NCBI GenBank assembly: GCA_039545335.1
Contig: BCIN01000003.1
Span: 2,303,060 to 2,367,059 of the forward strand
DNA from: Kondoa subrosea
Lineage: Eukaryota
Reading direction: 5' to 3'
Length of the DNA: 64,000 nt
How positions within the stretch are numbered: position 1 is the first letter of the stretch; every line of letters begins with the position of its first letter. A model generated the notes under the pieces. It searched no databases. It was not told the origin of the DNA and saw nothing but the letters and a program-made list of their open reading frames with translations. Shown piece by piece: positions 35,519 to 49,576 of the stretch. The position numbers were made by a program, and so were the translations under genes.

Positions 35519-36806
35519 ATGTCACGCAGATACGACCAGAGAACGACCACGTACGCGCACCTTAGGGTACTCCTCGAAATTGTACTGAAGAGCTCGAACA
35601 GATTTTCGCCAGAAGGACGACTGTATCAAGTCGAATATGCCCTTGAATCGATCTCGTACGTTGTATGTGGCAGCACTATGACACAACTAAGGGCTTGATA
35701 CAGACATGCTGGATGCGTAATCGGTATTCTGGCTCCAGGCAAATCTGAAGCTGCAGAAATAGCCAATGTACGTCCTCCTCACAAGTCCCATGCGCAGGTG
35801 CTGACACTCTGGTCAAGGCCGAAAACAAGACTGATCCTTCATCTACCATCTCGGGTGTCGCCTCTACTTCAGCAGTAACTTCCGAGGACACAACGATGAC
35901 CGATGTTGACAAGGCGAAGCAAGAAGCAAAGAAGGAGGAAGGTATTCCAAAGCGAGCAGGTATCGTCTTGGCTGCTGAAAAGAGAGTTACGAGCAAGTTA
36001 TTGGACAAAGAAGCGGGCGGAGGAAGGGAGAAGCTCTTCACGGTCAATGAGTGCGTGTCTTAGTCGTCTGTAAAAGGAACTTCCAGCCTCATATGGTGAT
36101 ATAGCAACACTCTAGCAGCTGTAGCCGGTATCACAGCAGATGCCAACTCTCTCATTTCCTTTTCAAGAAACGCCGCGCAATCGTACCTTTCCTCTTACAA
36201 CACCTCCATGCCCATCGAACAGCTTGTCAAGCGTGTGTGTGATCTTAAGCAAGGGTAAACCTCGTCGTATTGTCTTCGCAAGACCCGTTCTGATAGTCTT
36301 CCAGCTACACTCAATATGGCGGTCTTCGTCCCTTTGGCGTGTCATTCCTCTTCGCAGGCTACGATCCAGTCTACCAGTTTCAATTGTATGCTACCGATCC
36401 TTCTGGCAATTACAGCGGTTGGAAGGCCAGCTGTATTGGTGCCAATTCGGGGACTGCGCAAAGCCTGTTGAGGCAGGACTACAAGGATGACATGGACTTA
36501 GATGGGGCTCTCAAACTTGCTGTGGAGGTATTGAGCAAAACTATGGATTCAACATCGCTAGATAGCGAGAAAGGTTAGCCAAATATACCTGCAATCTGAG
36601 TTCCGAGAGCTAAACTCGATGTGTTAGTCGAATTGGCGACTCTTGTACTCAATCAAGAGACTGGACAGCCCGTTACTCATGTCCTCACACCCAGCGAGAT
36701 TGACGCGTTGCTAAAGAAGCACGGACTGAAGAAAGAGACGGAAGGGACTGCGGTTCCAGCGCCTGTAAGCGCGCAGGCCGCTAATACGGATATGCAGACT
36801 TCGTAA
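35519..36806 (+). CDS. PRE9: 20S proteasome subunit alpha3
   Basis: [59 protein letters not shown]. Confidence 0.95.
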
Positions 36807-37083
36807 ATGTGTCATCTGCTGCTACTCGTTGACGGACCTTTTGTGACCTTGGACTCGAACCTAAGAATCTCATCTTCTTCTCCTTGTGCATCAACCCTGA
36901 GTCCGAGTGGCATCAAGCTCTGCAGAAACGCATATCGTTCGAAGGCAGATCGTCGTTGCAGCAGCTGGATCATCTGTTGAAACCTGCGCTATATCCAAGC
37001 AAAGAACTCTCGCTAACTTGTAAATCACCGGATAATTCAATTCCTATTCCTATTGTTTAGCGCCGAACCGCTCGAGTACCATC

Positions 37084-38773
37084 ATGGCCATTTCAGCTTT
37101 CTTCATACTCAACCTCAAGGGTGAAGTCTTGATCTCTCGAGTCTTTCGAGGCGACGTCAAGCAAGTCAAACACCTCATTTCAAGCATTGAGACATGACTG
37201 ATGTGTGATTCTTGGACAGACGCTCTGTAGCGGACATCTTCCGCATTCATGTAGTAGCAAATCCGGACGTGCGATCACCTATCATTACTTTAGGCTCTAC
37301 TTCCTTCTTTCATGTGCGACACCAGAATCTGTATTTGGCGGCTGGTTAGTCAATCTTTTGGTATGCTGTGAATCGTACTGAGATTGAGGCGTAGTCACCA
37401 AGACCAACGTTTCAGCTGCTTTAGTCTTTGAATTTTGCTATAGGGTCATTTCTATCGGTAGAAGCTATTTTGGCAAGTTAGATGAAGAGAGCGTGAAGAA
37501 CAATTTCGTTCTGATTTATGAGTTACTGGATGGTGTGTGCTCGGTTCTGAGGTCCCTTCACGGTGCTCAATCCCGGCGTCAGAAATCCTCGACTTTGGCT
37601 ACCCTCAAAATTCAGAAGCAGACACTTTGAAAATGTACATAACGACGGAAGGAGTCAAATCTGAGGCAGCAGTACGGGAAGATTCGGCAAAGATTACTAT
37701 CCAGGCAACCGGTGCTACATCCTGGCGCAAATCTGATGTCAAGTACCGCAAAAACGAAGCCTTCGTAGATGTAATTGAAACAGTCAATTTGTTGATGAGT
37801 AGCAAAGGAACAGTACTGCGCGCAGATGTGGATGGTCAAGTGCTGATGAGGGCGTACTTGAGCGGAACGCCAGAGTGTAAATTTGGGTTGAATGACAAGC
37901 TGGTGCTGGACCGCGCCGGTCAAAGTGGCAGCAAGAGGAAGCAGGCAGCAAGTACGGAAGCTGAAGGAGATCCTCAGAGCGTGGAGCTGGACGATTGTCA
38001 ATTTCACCAATGCGTCAAATTGGGTAGATTCGATTCGGATCGTACAATTTCCTTCATACCGCCTGACGGCGAATTCGAATTGATGAAGTCAGTCGCATAT
38101 CCTCGCTGCCTTCAAAATGTGTTCAATTCCTGTTCTAGGTATCGCACTACAACAAATGTCAACCTTCCATTTCGAGTGACACCGATCGTAGAAGAAATTG
38201 GTAAATCGTCGGTAGAGTATTCTATCCACGTCAAGGCCAACTTCGATGGTAAACTCAACGCAAACAATGTTGTGCTCAAAATACCCACACCTTTGAACAC
38301 AACCAAAGTAGATTGCAAAGTGCAAATTGGCAAGGCCAAATACATACCAGGCGAAAACCACATTCTTTGGAAGTACGTGCAGTTCTGTGCGAACATTACG
38401 GTGTCAAAGTAATTTATGCTGGACTAACAGAATCCCTCGATTTCAAGGCATGACTGAGACGACTTTGACTGCTGTAGCGTCCTTATCGTCTACTACGCAT
38501 CGCAAAGCGTGGTCTAGACCACCCATAAATCTCGACTTCCAGGTGCTCATGTTCACATCGTCTGGACTACTGGTTAGATTCCTCAAAGTGTTTGCAAAAG
38601 AAGGTTATTCCAGCGTGAAATGGGTCAGGTGAGGAATCCGAAGCATCAGCTGTATTGGTAGAGTGCTAAGTCTTTTCTAAGGTATCTGACCAAGGCCAAT
38701 GGCAGCTATCAAGTAGTGGGTTTCCTGCTTCGCTAATATTGCAAGCGCTCAAGACGTGTTGCAGCGCTTCTGA
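37084..38773 (+). CDS. APM4: AP-2 complex mu subunit
   Basis: [54 protein letters not shown]. Confidence 0.95.
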
Positions 38774-38900
38774 GGGCAATAAACTTGCGTGTATATCGAA
38801 ACGGTGTGTATAGACTGAGAATCTACCCTGCATTATTGATACGTAATACAAAAACTAATGTACACCACGCGTCCGACCTGTCCTTTGTTCGTCATTCATC

Positions 38901-39677
38901 CTAAAACAGCTGACCAGCAGGTCTGATAAATGGTCAGAAGTGGGCCAATGGTCTGGCAAGACATGCTCTCACAAGCTCTGCGTCTTGGCCAATCGATTCC
39001 GAGCGGGCATGAACTTTCTTTGAGGCTGGCCGTCTGGTTGGCTAACCACTTGAAAGATTCCAGCATTGAACGCAGCTTCCTGACTCTCGCTTTCCTCTTC
39101 TATCCGCTCTTCCATTGTCCGCTTCTTGCTTGCGAAAGTAGCTTGAGCTGGTAGCAAGGTCTCGTCAATCACCGTCGAAGTGCCATCCATTTCTACATCT
39201 TCAAAGGTTAGGCCATTCGCGCCAAAGGGATTACTTAGATCGTTTTCTGCGTTTATACGCGTTTGATACTGGTGCTGTAATTCGTTATCGCTCCACCTAT
39301 ATTGCACATAAGCATAGATTGATTTCTAGCATATAGCATATAAGGAAACCAGACATAGGCATCAGTTCTCTTTGCGTCCTCATGCGAGCCTGTTCGCGGA
39401 GCGCCTTTCCGCCTTCAATGACATTACGCGCCGCGTCCAAATCATCTTGAGCCGTGGAAAATATGACTGGCAGAGATTGTGTCCGACCAAGAGCACGATT
39501 TGAGCTGAATGTCTTGTGCCCTCTATTCACAGAAGATCTCGCATTTCTAGCTTGCGCTGCGATAGCTTGAGTTTCAACTGGACTGTAGTATCCAGCAGAT
39601 TGTGGGACATAGATGTCATGCTGACTTTCAGGCGTCGTTTCTCTCTTCAAGCGCTGCTTCGCACGTTCTTCCGACAT
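38901..39677 (-). CDS. Spd1/Dif1-like ribonucleotide reductase inhibitor family (tentative)
   Basis: ARNARSSVNRGHKT resembles the R.RKSV..GYKT motif; RELMP; low-complexity protein. Confidence 0.5.
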
Positions 39678-39726
39678 GACTTGGGTGTTACGACAAGAGA
39701 AACAATTGTGTCTTCCAAATACAGCC

Positions 39727-41575
39727 ATGACCAGTATCGCTTCTGATCCTTTAGCAGCTATTGAAGAGCTATTTGCTGCTTCAGAGGACGAAGACTTTGC
39801 TCTGCAGGTTCTTAGGCAGTTCAAAACCGAGATCTCCCAACTTCAAGATCTTCCGGCGTTACATGACATACATGACGTGGCCAAGAGCAGACACAAGCTC
39901 TGTCGATTTCGCTGCATGATCCAGGAAACAATATCTTCAGAAGTGTATGCAGCTCGAAGTACGTCTAAGGATGGTAAAAAACGATCGAATGCTTTCCATG
40001 AAGGCTTGGACGATGAATCTACCCCTGACATGGATAGTCTTGAGGAAAGGACTGTTCTTTTTGCGGTCTCCGTACCTGCGGAGTCGAGCTGGATCTCGCA
40101 GCAGCAACCTGGGTCTACGCCCGCCGAGCGACTAGCAACCTTGAAGATGAGCGACGATACTTCATCGACGGAGCAGTCTGTACCATTATCTTGGAAGCAT
40201 CCAGTGAAGCAGCCGAAGGCATTTGCAGCGCTCCTCAAGGTAAATTCATTTGGCGCGATGTGTGGACCGGAACTCAGTTTAGATACAAGGTTTATGACCA
40301 AACAGAGTCTTTACGGTCAACCGACATCGTTGAAGTCATTGGAGTTCTTGATACAGCCGAGTAAGCTCATAGATTCCCCGTCATTTCAGTCACCACTAAA
40401 ACAGGTCATTAGATATATCAATAATGGAATGACAGGAGACAGTGATGATGATGCGGCACATACAAATCCACAGATCCCTGCTATCCATGTTCTGTATCAA
40501 CGCAAACCTGTTCTGCCATTGCAATCGCCTGTTTCAGACTCAGATTGGATGGTACATCGCACTGCGTTGGTATCGTTTCTCGCTGCGAATATTTGCGGCG
40601 ACGAAGTAGCAGGAGAGTTCCTTCTACTGGCTCTGTTGTCAAGATTGTGAGACTCGGTCAGCAGCGGCACGAATCGAACGCTTATCCTGGATCTTTAGGT
40701 ATTCGAGAGCGGCAGGTGCCTTGCTGGGTTTTCTTCCAATCAACTTAACGCTGCCCTCCGACGCTACGTGTAATATTGACCAACTTTCTGAAGCATTGGC
40801 GTCTCTGGTTCCACATTTTCATTCTTTACCTTTCACGCTATCAGATCTAAACAACAAAACATCATATAATCCGGTGTCAAAGAACGAATCCCTTTCGGCA
40901 GGGGAATTACAACTACCAGATCAAACATTCCTGCTAGTAGATGAGACCGAAATGAAAGAAGGTCAATTGGCAGATAAGGGTGTCCGCAACGTGCAAGCGA
41001 TGAATCGCGTCATACAAGAGCAGAAACTTGCATACTTGTTTCCATACTCCGAGTTTGACTTTGAAACGAATTTCGGTGTTGCTGTGCTCAGTCGAGGGAA
41101 AAGTTTATTGCCTGTAAGACTATTCAATTACAAGGCGGAATTTTAGAGAGAGCTAATATGCAATGATGAGATTAAATGCATTATTCCAGTCGTATCAGCA
41201 AAAGGGGGAACGCGTCTTGCGGTCAAAGCCGAGGATTTGGGCGTCTGGAGGTCGCAGCTGCACCACATCAAAGCATCCGAAGCCTCTGTAGCGGAAGATA
41301 CATCAAAGGTACGCCTCTCGATGGTATACCAGCGAAGCTATTAATCTGTGCTCCAGTATATTGAGCAGGACTTTGTCGATCTCCGTAAGAAGGACGGCAA
41401 CTCAGTCGGTCACGAAGACCTTATGCTACGCATGACCATTGCTCGCCTGCTGGCATTGAGTTATGGCGAAACGAAAATCGACATGCCAACATACAAATTG
41501 GCAGCTAACTTGGATGATGAGCGTCGGAAACGATTAGCTTCGCTAAACTTGGGGACAGCAGATGCTACAGCATAA
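39727..41575 (+). CDS. MCM complex-binding protein (MCM-BP/Mcb1)
   Basis: CRFRCMIQE, GDEVAGEFLLLALLS, GELQLPDQTFLLVDETEMKEGQL..KGVRN, YLFPY. Confidence 0.9.
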
Positions 41576-41812
41576 ACTTGTACTAGCTTGCAATATGATT
41601 ACATAAGCAAACATCTACAAAATGAAGTTCAAAAGAAACCGACTGGTCAGTCAGCTCACACGACCTGCTATCCTCACGAACAGCCTCGCCACACTGCAAT
41701 TATATCTGTGCTCTGCAGCTCCTCAATCGAAGCTCTTTCCTAGAGCTTCTAGTCTTGCAAGATTCCTTTGTTTTGTTGAAATTTGTCTTCTCATTCTTCG
41801 ACAGCGACTAGC

Positions 41813-44131
41813 ATGCAGAATCTGTTTGGCTCCAAGCATCAGCAAGAACCACCTTCTCCTACAAAGTTGAGGTCTATGTTCACTGGAATTACCTCGCCAG
41901 TCAGCGAAAAGGAACGAACCGCGGGTTGGGATAGCATTCAATTTGATTCCAAATCCTCTGCACGACCCAGTACTCCTCTAGCAATAGAGAACAAAATGCC
42001 AGCAGGGGCTTTTCGTCGACCGAATCCGCAAAATTCATCACCTAGCGTGTTGACACCTCAGCGGGCGGCCGCTATCGCTGCTCCTGCTCAGAGCAGCTCT
42101 GTTGGCACTCAAATTCCCATAACACCGCGAACGAAGACTATCAATGATGCAAAATACGATTTCTTGAACCCTGGCATCAAGAGAGCTCAAACCTCGGGGA
42201 ATGCGACTCCAATATTGCCTCAAGGCACACACTTTGCAATTCCTGCCCGACCACACTTGGAACAGATAGAGACCGTCAACAAGGATCCAAGAACGCCGCC
42301 AGGACAGATCTCACATCGTCGGTTTCCAAGTTTGGGCAATCTTCTCAGCAAATCTACTGGCTGTACTAGCGCAGCAGCTAGTGATAAGCAGCAGAAAATT
42401 GCTGCGGACTTTGAGGATATGATGGTCAGCAAAGCGGGATCGCATCGATCATCTAGGCTGACTTACTGTCCTACAGAAAAACATTGATTGCCCTGCTTCT
42501 GTTCGCACAAAGATGCTAGCTCTGGATATCAACACAAAGGAAGGCATGCTAAATAAGCGAAACGAGAAGCAGACTCTCAGCGAAAGCAGATCTTCCAAGT
42601 CATACCTCCGACGCCCTCGTTCTTTCGCCTCTCTTCGATCTCTCTCCTCGCAACAAACTAAAGAAATGGAAACATACGGTTCTCCTGCTGGCAAAGCGGT
42701 TCCCGACGGCTTTGTTCTCGTCAATCCGGACTCGACAGCGATATCAAAATACTCCAGTCGATCTATATCGCGGCCGGCCTCACCTGTTTTGTCAACACGT
42801 AGCCGCTCAAACTCGATAGCTGCGTCTTCGCCGGGGAATTTGGCTTCAGTCTTGCTCAATTCTGATCGCAAGAATTTGGCTCCTTCGACATTGCACAAAT
42901 TGCGAATGATGTTGAGAAATGAGAGTTCAGTGTGGACACAAGACTGGATCGATGCGGACGGATACGTGGGTCTCATGGCGAGATTGACAGAGCAATTAGA
43001 TTTGGAATGGCGGGAAGAGCAGCGGGATGACACCCTGTTACATGAGATATTGAGATGTTGCAGGTCTTTACTTTACAGCGAGGTGAGTCAACACCATCAT
43101 TTGCAAAGCTCCTCTGAATATCTCACTTCAGCTGGGAAGAGCTTGCTTAGCATCTACTGCTCCAGCTCTACATCGATCCTTGATCTCACTACTCTATAGC
43201 GATCGCAAGCCCGGAGAGGTGACAACTCGACAAGTAATGGTGGAGATGATCTGTGGTCTACTCGACCTCTCTTTGCCGTCCGACACCTTGAAAGCATCCT
43301 TAGACTGGTCAGCAAAGAACGGTTCTATTCCTCACACTTATCCTCTCATCTTGCCGCAAATCGTAATCGGAGGTGACAAGCTGTTCAGTGATCACCCTTC
43401 GCATGCTCTCCTCAAGGCTCTCCTCATAGGACCACCAGACGAAGTCGAGGAATCTAGAGTCGATTTTATACGACAAGCTCATCGCTCAAGACAATTCAAG
43501 AAGTTTGTGATAGAATTGACCGGCTTATTGTCAGATTACTTCTGGATCTTCGCGCATGGCAATAACATGTTCTTACGCTTCGAAGCGCTTACAGAAGATG
43601 AGTTTACGGCGCCTCAGGTACCGTCCGGCATGACCGCGGGCGTAGAGTTTGAGGCCATGCATTATGCTGTGAGTGCATTCGCTTGAGGGAAAAGATCTTT
43701 CATTTCCATCTTACGCGCTTTCGTTTTCGCAAAGGTGGCACTGCTCAAGTTGCTCAATACAGTCTTGGCTTCTGCGCCGTCGGCTGCAGCGACTTGCGAG
43801 ATGCTGCAGGATTTGACCAACAGCGGTATTGACAAGTGTATCTTCGTAAGTGGGACTACGGCAAACAGACCAAATGCTAGATCTTTGACACTAGATGCTA
43901 CGCAAGAGCAATTCCAGCTATTACCGTATGGTACACTACGAGCTGGCTCGCTACATCTACATTGCTAAACACGCTGGATTTGCATTGATCGAGAAGTACG
44001 CACGAACGATGACCACAGATGGGCGTGTGGCACCTCCAGCTCCCAAAATAACTCCAGGCAAACACAAGCGTAATCAGACTGAAGGCAATGCTGCATTCCA
44101 GTTACTGAAGATGGATTTCCAGAGGACTTGA
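41813..44131 (+). CDS. Rid1-like GTPase-binding (Drf GBD) protein
   Basis: LHKLRMMLRNESSVWTQDWI..DGY, EWREEQRDDTLLHEILRC, DYFWIFAH, VPSGMTAGVEFEAM. Confidence 0.75.
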
Positions 44132-44407
44132 TCTTTTCTATTTCAGTCATGCAGTATACAGGTTTAGTTTATTCTCGGGCATCAGTTGCGCCCTTTTGTA
44201 TGTAGCCCATGACAATTGTAATGTCTTATTCTTTTCGCAATGTTTTCGAACTTTCCATGAATCGCCTCCTATCTCTTACACCGCGATACGATGGCTCCAA
44301 TATACCACTGTGAACCTGTATAATACCCCTGGTCCTTTCATAACGCTTCCTCTCAAGCCATCTGTGAACAATCCGTCAGACAACTTCTACACCTGAATAA
44401 AAGAAAC

Positions 44408-46983
44408 ATGAAGTTCGGTATAGTGCTCTGCCTTGGAAGCGCTGTGTGTGCACAATGGACGCCATATACTCCTGTTGCCAGATGGGGTCAAGCTTACGCA
44501 ACAGTTGGAGACAGGCTCTGGCTGATACACGCAGGCAAGACTTCTGGAGACGGAGGGTATACGTATGACTCTGCGCCGGAATCAGCGGATCTGCTGGCTC
44601 TAGACTGTTCTATTGCATTCAACGCTTCGGATCCTCCTTGGCAGCAGTTAACAGCCAGTGCAGGTCCTTCAGTCGCATTTCATACGCTGTCATCATTAAC
44701 AACAAACCAACTTCTTCTGTATGGTGGATCCGCTCAGCAATTGGCAAACCCATCAGGAAACGATTCTGCTTACCTATTGAACATACCGGCGTCCTTTCCA
44801 AGCACGATTGATACCCCTTCTTTCACGCAAGCAACATGGTCGAATCAGCCAATCAGGCGGGAACTATCTGCAGCAGTGACTGCAAGTACGGAGTCAAGTA
44901 CGATGACTTACATCATCGGAGGTGCGAAAAGCGATGGGTCTGGTACGGCTTCCAATGAAGTTTATGGTCTAGAAACTGGTTCAGTGTCCCCTTCCTTTAG
45001 GCCTCTAGCTTCAGCGCCAAAGTCAGTTTTTGGTCACTCAGCCAACATTCTTTCTGCATCAGATGGCAGTGCAAGAGTCATTATCATCGGTGGGGTCAGT
45101 CCAGATGAGAACGGATCAGCATCTGCTATGTCACCCATGGATCAAATATCCGTATACTCGCCTGGCACAAATGAATGGACCACTTTACCAGCAACAGGCG
45201 ATATTCCTCGCCCTCGAAGATCTCCTTCATGCATTCGATTGGACGAAAGCCATATCCTGCTTCATGGTGGCGCGAACGCTGACTTAACAGAAGTATACGA
45301 CGATATGTTTCTCATTGAAATTACAACAAGCTCGGCGATATGGACTCGCATGCATGAAGAGACGCCTTTAGGACCTCGATTTGGTCATTCTGGAATTGCC
45401 GTGGGAAATTCGGCTCTTTTCGCGTTTGGATATGCCCTCAATGGTCCAGCACCCGCGGCAGAAGTTGGCATATATTCCCTTCTGTCCAATACTTGGCAGG
45501 ATTCTTACTCTCCTGTTACAAGCGGAACAAATTCGAGCGATACCCAGGCGAGCTCTGTTGAGGTCATGAGTACAACAATTCGCATGATCAATGGCCAACC
45601 ATCCGCTTCCATCAACGTCCCTGTCGTTTCTGCCAGACCTTCTAGTCAAGCCAAGCCAACTTTTCCTGCTGCCTCTTTTTCAATCCCCGGTCAACCAAAA
45701 GTCACAGCGAGCGTCGTTTCTTCTCCGCAGGCTTCAAAGCAGCAAAGAAACAGTGCTGTTATAGGCAGTGTTGCAGGCGTTTTGGGAGCTTTGATTGCCT
45801 TGGGATCAATGTGGTGGTACCTGCGTAAGCGAAGATCGTCAGAAGCATTAGTGTATAGGCTTGGGACGAGTGACGACGAAGATGCATTCATGACCGAAAA
45901 GAAGCAAGATCCAGACCAGCCGAGGGGATGGGCGACTTTCTTCAATGGTACACCGCATCGTTCAGCTGGAGCGGCGCGCTTCGATATGCTTGCAGACGAG
46001 GAGAGCGACTGGGCTGTCGGCGATGAAGGGAGAAGGAGATCATCAACCTCGACCCGGCACACTCTGGCAGTTGATATGAACGATGAAAGGAGAGGGCTTA
46101 CTGAAGCCAACGAGGAAATAGATCACGCCCTGGATGAAAGTCGGAGAGCGGGAACAGGCATCTGGGACGAGGGGCAGTGGAAACCGACTCGTTCATCAAC
46201 CAGAGCGTCTTTCATGAACAAGTCGCTTGGCTCGTGGCTGTCATCGACGGGAGAAGACTCCTCTGCTCAAGACGATCCTTTCGAAGATCCAGTGAATACC
46301 AATAGCGACCCGTTCGACGAGGTAGCAAGCCTTGCAGATACGACTCGAAATACAGAAGAGAGTGTCCTTTCAACGGTAGAACACAGCTTCACATCCTCTT
46401 TGCCAACTTCCGCTTCTTCTCACTCGTCCCTAAAGCAGCCGCAAGAGCCTACAGCATCCTTCTTCAGTCTTTCGCAGTCGCTTTACGGGTCTACTTTCTC
46501 TGCCACTGGCTTAGGCACGCCTTCACAATACAGTCCGCTCATAAGAAACGGCACTTGGTTCCAGCGCTTCGATAGGGCTCTTTCGCCGACAGCACTGTCT
46601 CCGATCAGAGATTCTACTCCTGTTCCTTCTCCTCCAGTGGCTGATCTGCCCATCTCTGCTCATGAGCCACTCTCGGGACCGAAACCGTATAAGTCAAGGG
46701 GATCAATAGGATCGCATAATTCGATATCAACAGCAAGTAGCTCGGAACTAGAAGCACGCTTCCAGGGCTTACAGTGAGTCTTGCACAAAGACCTGTTTGA
46801 AAGTTGCCAATTTGTCTCGGTAGCGTTATTCAGCGCTTGCGCGATGTCAGCGGCTCGTCTGCTTCAGGAGATTCTCCGGTCATAATTGATGATAACGGCT
46901 TGTGGAGCACAACTTCTCAAGGGGTCTCCACGCCCATTGTCAAAGGGGACAAGGACTGGCCAGCGGGCGTCAAGAAACTGTAA
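44408..46983 (+). CDS. Kelch-repeat single-pass membrane protein
   Basis: Signal peptide, GG...W Kelch repeats, TM AVIGSVAGVLGALIALGSMWWYL followed by RKRR. Confidence 0.8.
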
Positions 46984-47228
46984 GCCGTCTGGCCAGCGAA
47001 CTGTGATTCTGTTCTGATTCTATCATTATAGTGTCGAGCAATTTGAGCAGAAATCGCAGCACAATTCAGCAAGACGCAAGGTGGTTCATGAGTCAATACC
47101 CAGGCCGACATTGTATATCTCGAATCCCGGTAAATAATAAGTTCATATAGTGCGTTGTTCTGCATAGTTTAGACGGACTTATTTGTTCATACGTTATTCG
47201 TTCGGATGTTACACAATCATTGTCCATG

Positions 47229-49503
47229 TCAAGCTTGACTAGCTTCCCTCAGCCTATATTGATCATCGAGACGCTGTACTTCTTCCTTTGCTGTACGTAT
47301 ACCTTGCTTAGAACTCTGTACGATGCACACGCGAACGGAAACACACCTGCTAAGGTACCGGATCGCTGCCGAGAATGAGTTTGCACAGTGTCCGAATCCA
47401 TGGCTTGCTGCACTCTGGAGTCGATAGACGACATGGCTGTAGTAGAAGCAATAGATCTACCGGCGGTAGCATCCGATGGCTTGGATTGCATAACATGTGG
47501 CATGGGGGTAGTAGAGCTATTGTCTCGTTGCGCAGTGAAATTGGTTGAAGGAGATGTTGCACCTGGCGCATTGCTTCTCCTGGACGCAGAGAGCAACACT
47601 CGGATTGCGCTGATCCACTTGATTTCTTGCTCTTCGTCCTAAACAAGCATCGGAATTGAATCACTGTTTCGCACATAGATCAGAAAGACTTACAGTAGCA
47701 CAAAGAACGAAAGTCCTTTTGGCGGTGATAATTTTAAAACAATGCTCGAGCATTCTGTTGCTGCCGAAAGTGGATAAGCCTAGTCCTTCCGTTCTGTCCG
47801 TTTGATCGTTCGTTCCAGCCCTAGAAGGACCACTGGAAGACAAAGGGCCATCTAATTCGACTACATCCAGTATCCGCCCCAAAGGTATTTGACGGTGGAC
47901 TTTCTGATCCTGGAAGACAAAGAACATGTAAATACAGCTCTGACAAGATGTGAGCAACAAATCCACCATGTGAGACCTTGAGTAGGATAAGCGTTGACTG
48001 CTCAAAGTAAACCAACGTTTTCTCCAGTTCTTCCGCTTGCCTTGTTTTGTCAAGTAACCTGAAATTACTATCTTGTCTGGATCTGGATGATTTGATTGAC
48101 TTGCAGGTTGTTGGGTGTTAAAGGTGACTCTGCTTCCTTCTGTTGGGCTTCTGATAGTGGGTGTAGGAAGATCAGCATCTTCTTCGTCCTCTTCATCATC
48201 GTCTTCCGAGCTTGAAACTATCCCACTGGCATTAAGAGAAGATGTAGCCCCAAACGACATCTTTCTGCGATTGGGAGACAAAGGTTGGGGCGAAGAAGGT
48301 GTTGGTAAACCATTGCCGTTGACCGATAAACGGGAGAGGGAAGCATTGACGCCTCCTAATTCAATAGGAGGTGGCAATGTATCCGCATGTCGATTGAGTC
48401 TTTGTGTTTGTGTAGCCGCTGCGCTAGCGGCTAGCGAGTTTGGCGGAACAGTAGGGGGACCGTTGGGGGTTACAGCGCCTGATGAATGTAAATTCGACTG
48501 CTGTGAGGTATACGAGGATGCTAAGGTTTCAGGTTGCGACAGAGGGGAATTGACCGAAGAGCTTGCGGCGGCTGATACGGTACTTGAGTAAGAAGTGGAA
48601 GGATAGGAAGACTGGTACAGCGGATTCTGGTAATATTGCCCACTACCTATGGTGATTGGTTGCGTCGAAGCAGCTTCACGTCCACCAGATGTAGATCTGC
48701 GTTTGAGAGTTGCCGGCGTTTCAGAACCCGATAAATCTGTGTGGTGTGCGATGCCAGCAATTGCTCTGGAGCTGTCATTAGCGCTTTGAGTCTTGTGCTG
48801 CTTGACAGCGCGAGCCGTGCTATCTATTTTAGCAACCCAATCTTCGGCATCTTGTTGACTGATTGCTTTACAATAATAGGTTCGTTTAGCTGTGACGATG
48901 CCAAAAGAATAATCGTGCTTCTTGACTTGTACGGTAGCACAAGTGCGAATATCTGCGAGCGGAATATCTCGTAATAGCTTGTATTCTTTTTCGTCCTTGT
49001 AGTAACCAAATCTGTTTGGCCTGAGCACAAAATAGCGTTTCTTCCAGTTCTAGGATAGCTTAGCTTAGGACTACCTGAAGATTCAATCTCAACGTCTAAC
49101 AGCTCACCTTGCGACGTTCGCCCTTCTTCATGAGATAACCCGATTTGATCGCACTCTCCGAATACAAACCCTTGATTCCATGCTCACGTTCCTCCAATTC
49201 ACCTTCTTCGTCCTCGTCTGAGTCCCCAGCGTCGTCCGTTTCAGATATCGCGGCCAAAGGCGCTGCTACACCTTGCGACCGAGGAGGTGATGTACCACTC
49301 GCTGGCAAAACAGATGCCGAGCTCATGATTGGACTACGCTCGTCTGAGCTCCATTCAACGGCTGTAGGCGAGGTCGGTGAGGTCGGGGGTGCATCCATTG
49401 GTATTTGTGCAGCATGACTACTGGACAATTTCCGTCGCACGGCAGCTAAGTCGACTGGCCGTGCTGGAGGCGACTTGCTAGTGCCGACTACTTCTGTACC
49501 CAT
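47229..49503 (-). CDS. OPY1: Tandem PH-domain protein
   Basis: Two PH domains: SGYLMKKGERRK-NWKKRYFVL and SGYLTKQGKRKNWRKRWF; 3' end approximate. Confidence 0.75.
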
Positions 49504-49576
49504 CTTGAATATTGATGGTTAGGGACAAGAATTGATAATTGTGTCGCAGTTTGTCGTAACCATCCACTCTTCCCAC

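Noticed and set aside
36830..36910. tRNA gene
   Set aside because: T-loop/B-box present but no acceptor, D or anticodon stems
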